Assembly (NCBI GenBank): GCA_032128875.1
Contig: JAVLKG010000002.1
Coordinates: 224,001-288,000, forward strand
Reading direction: 5' to 3'
Source: Candidatus Melainabacteria bacterium 17Bon1m
GTDB lineage: Bacteria; Cyanobacteriota; Vampirovibrionia; Obscuribacterales; Obscuribacteraceae
Length of the DNA stretch: 64,000 nt
In this document: in pieces, positions 1 to 9,309 of the stretch
Layout: each line of letters opens with the position of its first letter
How positions within the stretch are numbered: the stretch's first letter is position 1
Program-made: the position numbers and the translations under genes
Notes under the pieces: model-generated
The model's input: the letters and a program-made list of their open reading frames with translations, nothing else
What the model was told of the DNA's origin: nothing
Database searches by the model: none

Positions 1-16
1 GCTTTGCCTGCGGCGA

Positions 17-1015
17 TTGCTGCTAGGTTGCGCTGCGCTGGTTGAGAAGCGTAGGGATGATGCCTGGCATCGCCCGGTCGACGCATGGTGTCTACCCTAC
101 AGTAGAATTGCAGAGGGTGTACTTTCCGCGTTTGTGTTGACGTTTTTTATTTGCGGTATTGCACTCGCGCAAGGTGGACTGGGCGAGCAGAGTGCACCCA
201 GTGCACCCGGTGTACAAGCTCCAGCAAATCAACAAGCTCCAGCCAATCAACAGGCTCCAGCAAATCAACAGTCTGCAGTAATCGCGCCAGGAGCGCAAGA
301 CTCCGCTGTTTCATCGACCAACCAACTTCGCCTGTTGCCGCTGACAAATGTGTTGCCGCCACAGTTTGTGCGCATGGCTCCCTATGGTTCGCCACCAATC
401 ACATCTGACTATTGCGCGTCCGTTTTGGCTGCGACGAAAAATCGTGTGCTGCGTTTCAAAAGCATGCCGGTAAAGGTCTACATCACGCCTTTTCCCGAGC
501 CCGGCTTTACCGAGTCGTGCATCAAAGGCTTTGATGAATGGGAGAATCGAACAAACGGTCTGATTGCATTTCTTAGAGTTGACGATCCAGAGCAAGCGCG
601 CGTAAGAGTCGTCTGGAAGCGCCTCGGTGATAAGGGGAATTCGAAAGATTGCATGCTCGGAGCGCAGACAATCACGCGCTGGCAGGCAAAGCATCCGACT
701 CCAATGGGGGTGGTGCCGGTATCAGGAATTCCTGTTCCGATTTTTATTCCAAGAATTGGCGCGCAATATTCGGTAGAGCCGCAAATCATCGAAGTTAATC
801 TTGATCTGGTCTATTCGCGCGATAAGGACGTAAGACTCCTCGTTTTGAAAAACATCGTGACGCACGAATTGGGGCACGCACTCGGTCTTCTTGGGCATAG
901 TCCGGTGCGAGCCGACCTTATGTATCCGGAAACAGATGAGACCTCGCGTCTGTCCCAACGCGATATCAATACGATCAACAAGCTCTATCAAATGAAAGTG
1001 GACATCCCTCTTTAG
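17..1015 (+). CDS. Matrixin/metzincin-family zinc metalloprotease, probably secreted; start uncertain and may lie before the window
   Basis: HELGHALGLLGHS zinc motif followed by a Met-turn (LMYP); signal-like segment ending ALAQ; Gln/Pro linker. Confidence 0.8.
   Translation: MLLGCAALVEKRRDDAWHRPVDAWCLPYSRIAEGVLSAFVLTFFICGIALAQGGLGEQSAPSAPGVQAPANQQAPANQQAPANQQSAVIAPGAQDSAVSSTNQLRLLPLTNVLPPQFVRMAPYGSPPITSDYCASVLAATKNRVLRFKSMPVKVYITPFPEPGFTESCIKGFDEWENRTNGLIAFLRVDDPEQARVRVVWKRLGDKGNSKDCMLGAQTITRWQAKHPTPMGVVPVSGIPVPIFIPRIGAQYSVEPQIIEVNLDLVYSRDKDVRLLVLKNIVTHELGHALGLLGHSPVRADLMYPETDETSRLSQRDINTINKLYQMKVDIPL
51..100. repeat. Inverted pair of GTAG-type REP-like palindromes
   Basis: GTAGGGATGATGCCTGGCATCGCCC followed by GGTCGACGCATGGTGTCTACCCTAC; CCGGTCGACGCATGG is shared exactly with the copy near 5412. 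Confidence 0.7.
215..268 (+). repeat. 3 x 18-bp coding tandem repeat (QAPANQ)
   Basis: CAAGCTCCAGCAAATCAA / CAAGCTCCAGCCAATCAA / CAGGCTCCAGCAAATCAA. Confidence 0.9.
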
Positions 1016-1222
1016 ACTCTCTCGATGTTTTTTAGCGGAACCTAGCATTGCCGTATGCCTCGGAAGTTTTATTACTGCTGAGGACATCGATCTTGGCGCC
1101 AGCCGCTCGAAAGACTGTGTCACCGAATATGGTGGCTATGTTGACCGGACAAACAACATGGAAGTGAGACCTGAATCACTGCGATGCAATTGCGCTGGGG
1201 CGCTTTGCATGCGCCTCCATTT

Positions 1223-1915
1223 TTATTCTCGACGCTCGTAAGAATTGCTACCGACATTGAAAGTTTGCCGCGTGCGCATATCCATCAAACGGTTGGTCTT
1301 CTCTAGTTGCAACAGCACGCGACGCTTGTCCGCCATGGTTCCGGCAATCGGACGTCCCGTTTTATCAACCGCCTTCGGATCACTGAGTACGCGCATGCAA
1401 TCCAAACACAAGTTCGACTGCTGCGTAACATAAATTGCATAGCCGCGATGAATCTGCTGGGTTTCCGACATGGAATCAAGCTCTTTTATTCGATTGAATG
1501 CCTCGGCATAACGCCCAGCCATGTCTTCTAAAAACTTCTGGTCGCCCTCCGATAAGCCGGAGCCCGGCGGCTTGTTCATGAGTTGGTCGAAGTACTGCCG
1601 CTCGTCTGGCGTGCTCTCGCATTTCCTGCGAATGTCGTCGTACTCCGCAAACCACCTGTCCACGTCGTTTACCGCCGTTGGCTGGTAATACTTGCTTGTG
1701 CCGGGGACGTACTTCTTATCGCCTTTCTGCTGCATCTCTTGGTCAGCAGAAGGACCTTCTTTAGCCTCATCTGGTTCGTCAAAGCCTGTTGTGTCATAAC
1801 CACCCTGGGCCACCGCGGCAGGCTGGCAAAGGTTTGCCAATGAAAACGCACCAATAGCCGACAGAACAGCTAAATTCTGTGCTTGTTTCAAACCAAAACT
1901 CAACAGGCGCCGCAC
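1223..1915 (-). CDS. Secreted hypothetical helical protein, paralog of 1972..2655
   Basis: Signal-like N-terminus; shares WFxxYDxxRR, ETxQxHRGY and TG(R/K)P(I/L)AG motifs with its neighbour. Confidence 0.75.
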   Translation of the reverse strand: MRRLLSFGLKQAQNLAVLSAIGAFSLANLCQPAAVAQGGYDTTGFDEPDEAKEGPSADQEMQQKGDKKYVPGTSKYYQPTAVNDVDRWFAEYDDIRRKCESTPDERQYFDQLMNKPPGSGLSEGDQKFLEDMAGRYAEAFNRIKELDSMSETQQIHRGYAIYVTQQSNLCLDCMRVLSDPKAVDKTGRPIAGTMADKRRVLLQLEKTNRLMDMRTRQTFNVGSNSYERRE

Positions 1916-1971
1916 GTCCGACCTCCGGACTCAGTACATCCTATATATTCCCGTTTGAGCCTGGAAATCGA

Positions 1972-2655
1972 TTAATAGCGATAGGGTGGGATATTGAACT
2001 GCTGGCGCAATTGCTCGTCGAGCGCCTTGTTGTTCATGTCGAGCGTTTCGAGGGCTTGCTTTTTACCCATCAGCACACCCGCAAGCGGTTTGCCAGTGGC
2101 CTCATCCATTGCGAATAGGTTTCCCTGAACCCGCAGGTAGTCCGAAAAGAGCTCACGGGCTTGCGAAAAATATTGGTAATAACCACGATGAAGCTGCTCT
2201 GTCTCGCGAAAAAGGGGCAGTGCCTTCATTTGCTCGGCGGCGGTTTGATATTTGCCGACCAATTTGGACAGGAGATTTTGGGTCACGAGTTTCTCGTCGC
2301 CAGCCAGCATTGCACCCAGCCCTGACATGCCTTTTGACATCAATCCATCTGCTCTAGCCTTTTCTGCCGGCGACATTTGAGCTTGGCGTCTCACCTGGTC
2401 ATACCGCTCGAACCACTGATGAATGTTGCCTCCGCCGCGATTCATCTGATTCGCCTGCATTCCCATCTGACCCGCGGGCACCGGGCTGACCGGGATGTTA
2501 GCTATGTCGTTAGGGCTTTGCGCCAGCGCAACGGTGCAGGGCTGAACAATTGTCAAAACCATCACCGCCGTGCTCATAGCGAGCCTGGCAGCAAATTTCT
2601 GCTTGCCGTTTGAAACTTTCGCGAATGATTTGCTGACAAAAGGCAACATTGGCAC
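1972..2655 (-). CDS. Secreted hypothetical helical protein, paralog of 1223..1915
   Basis: Signal peptide ending ALAQ; same shared motifs. Confidence 0.75.
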   Translation of the reverse strand: MPMLPFVSKSFAKVSNGKQKFAARLAMSTAVMVLTIVQPCTVALAQSPNDIANIPVSPVPAGQMGMQANQMNRGGGNIHQWFERYDQVRRQAQMSPAEKARADGLMSKGMSGLGAMLAGDEKLVTQNLLSKLVGKYQTAAEQMKALPLFRETEQLHRGYYQYFSQARELFSDYLRVQGNLFAMDEATGKPLAGVLMGKKQALETLDMNNKALDEQLRQQFNIPPYRY

Positions 2656-2810
2656 CCCAGCAGGAACTGTAGATATTCTAGCCTTATCAAGCCAAACATG
2701 CCTGAAAGCCGGATTATGCGAAAGAGTAGGGTTTTCGGGTATGAAAGTTAAGAACGGCTTCCGAGCCCGATGAGACCGATAACTACTTCAGCAAGGGATC
2801 CTTAAAGATA

Positions 2811-3695
2811 ATGACGATTTTGGTAGCCGTCAAGAAGAACGGAAAAGTATATTTGGGCTCCGACCGAATCACGACGTTCGGCAACGAGTACGTGACTGAC
2901 TTAGTACGCGGGTCGAAAATAATCAAATTGAAGCATGCCTATCTGGCTACCAGCGGGTATTCTTTGCTCGACAATATTATTGAGCACCTGTATCGAAACA
3001 ATCACAAGATGATGGAGAACACCTTCTCCGACCGAAGCCACGTCTTCTCGTTCTTCCTAGAGCTGTATAACGAACTGAAGAAGTCCTTCACCCTTGTCGA
3101 GCCAGGCAAGGACACCTTTGCGTCGATGTACAACGTCTTTCTGGTCGTCACACCGACGAGCATTTATGGTGTTTCGACCAATTTGAGCGTTAGTGAATAT
3201 CCGCGTTTTGCTGCACGTGGTGCGGGTTCGGATTATTCCGTCGGCTGTCTGTATGGTCTATATGATGTGCTTGATGATGGTTTGGAACTCACAAGAGTGG
3301 CGTTAGAAGCGGCGTGCCACTTTAACGTCTATTGCAAGGAACCGCTAGATATTTTGGAAGTGAAGGCGTCCGATTTTGGCAAGTCCTTCAAAGACACGCA
3401 CAAGGTCCCGCAAAGTCATTTGACGACTTTCACGTCCTTGACTGGTCTGCAGGGTAAATTTGTTTCTTCGAATGGGAAGGGGTCTTCATTTTCTAAAATT
3501 GGCACAGCTGAAGGGCAGACCACTAGTGGTTCGGCAAAGGCAGCACGTGTGAGGAAAACTTCAAAGACATCCGCTGCAAAGTCAGCGGTTCCAAAGTCAC
3601 CAACTGCAAAAGTCTCGGCCGCAAAATCAACGCCGCGAGCGAAAAAGCCTATAACTACTGGTGGTGGCAAAGCGAAGAAAGGTCGCCGGAGGTAA
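2811..3695 (+). CDS. Proteasome-beta/HslV-superfamily (BPH-like) Ntn threonine protease with a Lys/Ala/Ser-rich C-terminal tail
   Basis: Met-Thr start, Asp at mature position 17, SKII lysine, RGAGS loop; basic low-complexity tail. Confidence 0.75.
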   Translation: MTILVAVKKNGKVYLGSDRITTFGNEYVTDLVRGSKIIKLKHAYLATSGYSLLDNIIEHLYRNNHKMMENTFSDRSHVFSFFLELYNELKKSFTLVEPGKDTFASMYNVFLVVTPTSIYGVSTNLSVSEYPRFAARGAGSDYSVGCLYGLYDVLDDGLELTRVALEAACHFNVYCKEPLDILEVKASDFGKSFKDTHKVPQSHLTTFTSLTGLQGKFVSSNGKGSSFSKIGTAEGQTTSGSAKAARVRKTSKTSAAKSAVPKSPTAKVSAAKSTPRAKKPITTGGGKAKKGRRR

Positions 3696-3740
3696 ATGGA
3701 TTCTGTGCTAATCTTGCTGTGTCGGTATGCTTGATTCGCT

Positions 3741-4481
3741 ATGGATGACCATATACAAGCCGTAATTACAATCATCGGAATGACATGCGACGTCATGGGT
3801 GGTCTGTATTTGGCATATGATTTGTTGGGTGGAGAGAATGGACCACTCGCTCGATTGACGAAGATAGTCAATTACAGCGTTTTGCTGGTGCTGCTTTTCT
3901 TGACGACAATGGGCTTCAAATTCGCGCTTATTGTAGGGCTAGCTTTTGGCACAGCGCTCGGATTGCATTTCGATAGAGCGGGGAAAGGCATTCCTGACAC
4001 GAATAAGTTTCTTCTTTTCACTGCTGTATTGCGCGGTGTCGCGATAACTGCAGCTGTTTGGATAAAGGAAAACCATATCTTGGGTCTGGTCATGGGTGCG
4101 CTGGTTTTTGGCATGTCTCTGATTTTGCCTCGTCTAAAGATTTCACCGACTACCCTATACAACTCAGGCAACAAGCCGCAATTGAGCTGGCGGCAAGTAA
4201 TAATTGCGTTCGTGTTGATGGCAGTAGCAATCGCTTCGGGCTTATTCGGCGCTAGTATCGCCCATGGTGATGCACGTACTATTGGTTTCGTCATCAAATT
4301 CGGCTTGACGTTTGGCTTCGCAATTTTTGTGACGTCAATCATCAGCCCCGTCATCGAATGGTATTCCGATCACCTGCCACCGCAATCGTTCGGCACCGCC
4401 GGAGTCGCACTCTTCATCATTGGTTTCGTCATTCAAGCCATTCCATCATTTGCAACGATTTTCGATATGACGAAGAGATGA
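3741..4481 (+). CDS. Multi-pass membrane protein of unknown function
   Basis: About 7-8 hydrophobic segments. Confidence 0.75.
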   Translation: MDDHIQAVITIIGMTCDVMGGLYLAYDLLGGENGPLARLTKIVNYSVLLVLLFLTTMGFKFALIVGLAFGTALGLHFDRAGKGIPDTNKFLLFTAVLRGVAITAAVWIKENHILGLVMGALVFGMSLILPRLKISPTTLYNSGNKPQLSWRQVIIAFVLMAVAIASGLFGASIAHGDARTIGFVIKFGLTFGFAIFVTSIISPVIEWYSDHLPPQSFGTAGVALFIIGFVIQAIPSFATIFDMTKR

Positions 4482-5107
4482 AAATTCCTTTTCCATCTCT
4501 TTCGTTTCCAAATGAAAGATTAGCATTCCGCACTATCGAAACCATGAAAAAGGTTCGGCACCTTGCGTGTGATTTGAAAGTCGTTGCGCAGGCAAGTTCT
4601 TGTGCAGAGCTAGAGAAACAATGGGTTTTGGAAAGTGTCGAAAAGCTCGAATTGTTGACTTACGAAATGATTCTCAACATACAGAACAACAATAATCTGA
4701 GCATCGTTGATGATACTTTTACTGAACATGATTTGGAAGAATTGCGTGCCGCAGTTAGTACCGAAATAGCCGAGTATGACATGGCTTCAGTGACCTGGCA
4801 GCAAATTCAAGACACAGAACTGAATCCATGCGTAGATGAAGAGTCAGCCAAAAAGTGCCTCAGGATTTACACATCAATTGAGCAGTGCCTTAACGCTTAC
4901 TGTGGCAAAATTCGCCGATTGCGATGTCGAAGGAACAAAAAAGTTGACTACGTCATTTATGTTGGCTATTTGCTGAGCTTCTGTGCAGAGGGAAAATTGG
5001 GTTTCTATCTTTTTCACAAAGAACTGGTTCCCGATAAGTTCTGGAGAAGCGTGGTTCAAGGTTATAGGCGAAATGCTGAAAAGAATTTACGTGAGATAGT
5101 GGGCTAG
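4478..5107 (+). CDS. Hypothetical protein
   Basis: ATG at 4478 overlaps the upstream stop (ATGA); the ORF-track start at 4358 overlaps the previous gene. Confidence 0.55.
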   Translation: MKIPFPSLSFPNERLAFRTIETMKKVRHLACDLKVVAQASSCAELEKQWVLESVEKLELLTYEMILNIQNNNNLSIVDDTFTEHDLEELRAAVSTEIAEYDMASVTWQQIQDTELNPCVDEESAKKCLRIYTSIEQCLNAYCGKIRRLRCRRNKKVDYVIYVGYLLSFCAEGKLGFYLFHKELVPDKFWRSVVQGYRRNAEKNLREIVG

Positions 5108-5377
5108 GTATTCCGTACCTCTTGCAGTGATTAGAAACTTTCTTTCGCCGATTTCGATATGGCGATTATCTTTGAGCCAATTTAATGCAGACTCGATTTC
5201 GAGAACGTCTTGAATCCCTAGCAATTCCATCAAGAGCAAGCCTGATGCACCGCCAGGCTGATTGTTACTGTGTTTTCTTTGATGATCAAGTATCCGCAAG
5301 ATGCCAATGCGAATTCCTTCCTCATTCAATTTCTTTTGGTCTGTCATTTCGAAATTGCTCCACTTCCAATATGACAC
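5087..5377 (-). CDS. Small hypothetical protein, winged-helix-like
   Basis: ALNWLKDNRHIE...ITARGTEYL resembles a wHTH C-terminus. Confidence 0.55.
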   Translation of the reverse strand: MSYWKWSNFEMTDQKKLNEEGIRIGILRILDHQRKHSNNQPGGASGLLLMELLGIQDVLEIESALNWLKDNRHIEIGERKFLITARGTEYLAHYLT

Positions 5378-5382
5378 GAAAC

Positions 5383-5438
5383 GGGTGAGGCATGGCCTCG
5401 CCGCTACACAACCGGTCGACGCATGGGGGCGACCCTAC
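5383..5438 (-). repeat. Two tandem GTAG-type REP-like palindromes; the one nearest aroA contains its stop codon
   Basis: Minus strand reads GTAGGGTCGCCCCCATGCGTCGACCG and GTAGCGGCGAGGCCATGCCTCACCC. Confidence 0.75.
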
Positions 5439-6721
5439 AATAAAGACTTCAAATCATCCGCAAAGTTGGGATACGAAATTCTAGGTGATTCGGTTTCTTC
5501 AAGTTCCAAACTTTCGTCGCAAACCAATTGTGCCACCAAGCCGGTCATGGCGAGTCGGTGGTCGTCAGCGGTTGCCCAGTGCGAGCCGCCCTTCAAACGA
5601 TCGCTTCCTTTGATGGTAAAGCCATCTTCGCGCAGATCAATTTCTGCACCAGCGGCGCGTAAATTGTTGGCGATCAATGCGAGGCGGTCTGATTCTTTGT
5701 GGCGCAATTCTTCTGCGCCAGAAACAGAGAGCTCGCCTTTGCAGAGAGCGCCTGCCAGAGCCAAGATCGGTATCTCGTCGATGCCGCGCGCAATTTCCTC
5801 TCCAGTGACTGCGGCGGACGAGAGTTCGCCGTTGTAACGCACGCGAATGTCCGCAACTGGTTCGCCCGAAAGTGAATTTACTCCGATTACTTTGATGTCT
5901 GCATTCATTCGAGAGAGGACTTCAAGAATGAGCGTGCGTCCTGGATTTATGCCAACGTTTTTCAACGTAATTGACGAACCAGGAATAACTGCAGCTGCCA
6001 CCATAAAAAATGCAGCGGAAGAAATGTCAGCAGGCACAACCATGTCTTTCGATGGGATTTCGTCTTCGATTGCTGACACTCTGGTCGTCAATTCATCGGC
6101 AGCTTCAAACGGAATTTCCAAATAGGTAAACATCCGCCTGGTGTGATCTCTCGCGGGAAATGGAAGTTTCACTGTTGTCCTTCCACTTGCCTGCAAGCCG
6201 GCAAGCAAAATTGCTGTTTCAACCTGAGCCGATGCAACATCCAGATCAAATGTTTTCCCTGTCAGATTGCCACCCTTGATGCGAAAAGGCGCCAGACCCT
6301 CGGATTTCACCCAAGAAATCTCAGCACCCATCTCAGCGACACGTGTGAGCACGCGCTTCATCGGACGTTTGCGCAGCGACGCATCGCCATCGAATTCATA
6401 TTCATGCGGACGACCGGCAAGTAGCCCTGAGAGCAAACGCATTGTCGTCCCGCTATTGCCTGCGTCTAGAATTGCTGTGGGCGCGCCGATACCCTGTAAA
6501 CCCTTCGAATTTACAATCGCTGTCGGCGTGTCTGTGTCGTCGAGCAGTTCGATGTCCACGCCAGTAGAGCGCAAGCAAGCAACTGTACTCAAGCAGTCAT
6601 GAGCAGGCGAAAGCCCTTCAATTTTGGATGTGCCCGTGGTCAGGCATGCAAACATAAGCGCTCTGTGCGTTATGGATTTGTCGCCCGGCACAGCTATAGT
6701 GCCTTGTAATGCTTTATGCAC
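5435..6721 (-). CDS. aroA: EPSP synthase (3-phosphoshikimate 1-carboxyvinyltransferase)
   Basis: PGDKSITHR, GNSGTTMRL, RDHT, KESDR and DHRLAM motifs. Confidence 0.97.
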   Translation of the reverse strand: MHKALQGTIAVPGDKSITHRALMFACLTTGTSKIEGLSPAHDCLSTVACLRSTGVDIELLDDTDTPTAIVNSKGLQGIGAPTAILDAGNSGTTMRLLSGLLAGRPHEYEFDGDASLRKRPMKRVLTRVAEMGAEISWVKSEGLAPFRIKGGNLTGKTFDLDVASAQVETAILLAGLQASGRTTVKLPFPARDHTRRMFTYLEIPFEAADELTTRVSAIEDEIPSKDMVVPADISSAAFFMVAAAVIPGSSITLKNVGINPGRTLILEVLSRMNADIKVIGVNSLSGEPVADIRVRYNGELSSAAVTGEEIARGIDEIPILALAGALCKGELSVSGAEELRHKESDRLALIANNLRAAGAEIDLREDGFTIKGSDRLKGGSHWATADDHRLAMTGLVAQLVCDESLELEETESPRISYPNFADDLKSLL

Positions 6722-6834
6722 AGCCGATCACTCTTAATGACAGTAATTGAGACCGTTATTGTAAGATGTTTTTGACCTAAGTCTCACCACCTTTGCTCCA
6801 AAGGTTCACAATAAAGCGGAGAAGGCCCGTCTAC

Positions 6835-8127
6835 ATGTTGCGATTTTTTACTTCCGGCGAATCTCATGGTCCAACGCTCACGGCAATTGTCGACGGTATG
6901 CCTGCGGGCTTGATGATCGACATTGATGCGATTAATGCCGAACTTGCGGCGCGGCAGCAGGGGTATGGCAGAGGCAATCGACAAAAGATTGAGACTGACA
7001 CTGTTTCATTCGTTGGTGGTGTCAGACATGGTGTCACCACTGGTGCCCCGATCACATTGATGGTCGCTAACCGCGACTTTGCCAACTGGAAGTACGTCAT
7101 GTCTGTTGAGCCCACCGACATGACCAGTCCTGAGGCAAAAGAACAAGCTAACAAGAAGGCGATTGAAAGATTCCGCCCTGGCCACGCTGATTTGGCGGGC
7201 ACACTAAAATTTGATCAGTCGGATATTCGTGATGTGCTGGAAAGAGCCAGTGCGCGCGAAACAGCAGCCCGCGTGGCTGTAGGTGCGTTGTGCCAGCAAT
7301 TGCTCGCCGCTATCGGCGCGCGTTCTGTCAATCACGTCGTGCAAGTCGCTTCGGTGAAGTGCGCGGCATTGCCAGTAGATATATCTCTGGATGAGATTGA
7401 AAAACTGGCTTCTGAAAGTGAACTTTCAGCTACTGATAAATCTGTCGAAGAAGCCATGAAAGACGCGATCAAGGCAGCCTGGCAGGAAGGAGACAGCCTG
7501 GGTGGGGTTGTCGAGGTTTTGGTCGATGGTTTACCTGTGGGTTTAGGCAGCTACACACAGTGGGATAGAAAAATAGATGGTCGTATTGCACAGGCAGTCA
7601 TGAGTATTCAAGCTTTCAAAGCTGTAGAGATTGGAGATGGCGTCGTATCGGCGTCTCTGCCTGGCTCGCAAGTGCACGACCCGTTGTATCCGTCTGATAA
7701 AAATGGCAAGAATTCGAATCTGCCTTTCTCGCGCAAGACCAATCACGCGGGTGGAATCGAAGGCGGTATGACGAATGGTTCTCGCTTGGTGGTGAAAGGT
7801 TATATGAAGCCGTTGCCGACCATGCGCAAAGGTTTGGATTCGCTGTCATTTCCGGAGTTTGAACCTGCACGCGCGCACTACGAGCGCTCCGACGTTTGTG
7901 CCATCGCCGCTGCATCGGTCGTAATGAAAGCCATGGTCAACTACGTATTGGCTGATGCGCTGCTCGAGAAGTTTGCTTGTGATTCGATCCGCGCTCTTAA
8001 AGAGAGTTTTGAATCGTATACTTTGCGGGTGCAAAATTTTGCATCCAAGGGAGACCAGGCGGATTCTGAAAAGAAAGACGCCAATTTGAACGTTGAAGAG
8101 GGACCGGAATTGATAGGGGAGTTCTAA
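6835..8127 (+). CDS. aroC: Chorismate synthase
   Basis: MLRFFTSGESHG start, RPGHAD, ERASARETA, GGIEGGMTNG, ERSD. Confidence 0.97.
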   Translation: MLRFFTSGESHGPTLTAIVDGMPAGLMIDIDAINAELAARQQGYGRGNRQKIETDTVSFVGGVRHGVTTGAPITLMVANRDFANWKYVMSVEPTDMTSPEAKEQANKKAIERFRPGHADLAGTLKFDQSDIRDVLERASARETAARVAVGALCQQLLAAIGARSVNHVVQVASVKCAALPVDISLDEIEKLASESELSATDKSVEEAMKDAIKAAWQEGDSLGGVVEVLVDGLPVGLGSYTQWDRKIDGRIAQAVMSIQAFKAVEIGDGVVSASLPGSQVHDPLYPSDKNGKNSNLPFSRKTNHAGGIEGGMTNGSRLVVKGYMKPLPTMRKGLDSLSFPEFEPARAHYERSDVCAIAAASVVMKAMVNYVLADALLEKFACDSIRALKESFESYTLRVQNFASKGDQADSEKKDANLNVEEGPELIGEF

Positions 8128-8129
8128 TC

Positions 8130-9281
8130 ATGACAGTGTCACGACACAAAACGCGTCACCGTGGTCCCGTTATCACAATGCTGTGGAACACGGCTCTAGA
8201 GGTGCGCACCAGGGTAGCAGTCGGCGCCGGAGCGCGCACGAAGTTGTCCGGCATTCTTGCACAAATCAACGCCGGCAAGCGCGTGTTGGTGCTTTGCCAA
8301 CCGACGACAGCCGTTCAATGGCTCCGCGAAGTTTTGGGTGCGATTCCCTCGGAAGATTATCAAGTCACCACACTTGAAGTGCCGGATGGTGAAACCTGCA
8401 AAACGACCGAATGGTTGTTGCGCGTTTGGGAGCACTTGCAAGAACGCCGCTTCGACCGCCGCGACACCATCGTCGCTTTGGGCGGTGGCTCCGTCACTGA
8501 CCTGGCTGGATTCGCCGCATCAACGTATTTGCGCGGGTTGAATCTGGTCATAGTACCGACCTCGCTTCTGGCGCAGGTTGACGCTGCCATCGGCGGCAAG
8601 ACTGGTATCAATTTGCCCGCTGGCAAAAACCTCGCCGGGACATTCTTCTTCCCGAAGGCCGTTCTTGCTGACCCGGAATTGCTTGCTACTTTGCCGAAGA
8701 AGCAGTTTACATCAGGTTTGGCTGAAGTCATCAAATACGCGATGATTGAAGAAACGGTTGCAAAACATACCGATTACGAAGTCGGACAAAAACGTCTATT
8801 TGATGTTCTGCAGCAATTCGTAGACAGTGAGTTTGACTATGAAGACCCTGTCTGCGCCGGTCTTATTACAAGTTCTATCAAGATGAAACTCTTTGTCGTC
8901 GGTCGCGATCCACACGAAGGTGGGTTGAGACGGGTGTTAAACCTCGGTCACACACTCGGACACGCGTTGGAGAAAGTTGCTGACTATCGCCTTACGCATG
9001 GTGAAGCAGTCGCAATCGGCCTCGCCGCTGTCACTAGATTGGCTGTTTCACTGAAGAAGTTTCCGAAAGGCGATGGCGAAAAGGTCATCAACCTGTTGGA
9101 AGGCGCTGGCTTGCCAGTTGAACTGCCACCAGGCGTCGACAGATCCAAGCTGGTTGATTCAATGTCTCACGACAAGAAGCGCGACGGCGAAGCACTCAAG
9201 CTGGTACTTCCGACCACCAAGATTGGCATTGTCGACTATGAGTACTCACTGCCTATGAGTGATCTCGGCAAGCTTATCTAG
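8130..9281 (+). CDS. aroB: 3-dehydroquinate synthase
   Basis: GGGSVTDLAGFAASTYLRG, DAAIGGKTGIN, LNLGHTLGHALE, HGEAVA. Confidence 0.96.
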   Translation: MTVSRHKTRHRGPVITMLWNTALEVRTRVAVGAGARTKLSGILAQINAGKRVLVLCQPTTAVQWLREVLGAIPSEDYQVTTLEVPDGETCKTTEWLLRVWEHLQERRFDRRDTIVALGGGSVTDLAGFAASTYLRGLNLVIVPTSLLAQVDAAIGGKTGINLPAGKNLAGTFFFPKAVLADPELLATLPKKQFTSGLAEVIKYAMIEETVAKHTDYEVGQKRLFDVLQQFVDSEFDYEDPVCAGLITSSIKMKLFVVGRDPHEGGLRRVLNLGHTLGHALEKVADYRLTHGEAVAIGLAAVTRLAVSLKKFPKGDGEKVINLLEGAGLPVELPPGVDRSKLVDSMSHDKKRDGEALKLVLPTTKIGIVDYEYSLPMSDLGKLI

Positions 9282-9309
9282 TTGTTCGGCAACCTCATTT
9301 AGTGAACCA

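Noticed and set aside
6722-6834. Attenuator upstream of aroA or aroC
   Set aside because: The short divergent spacer has no aromatic-rich ORF or terminator hairpin.
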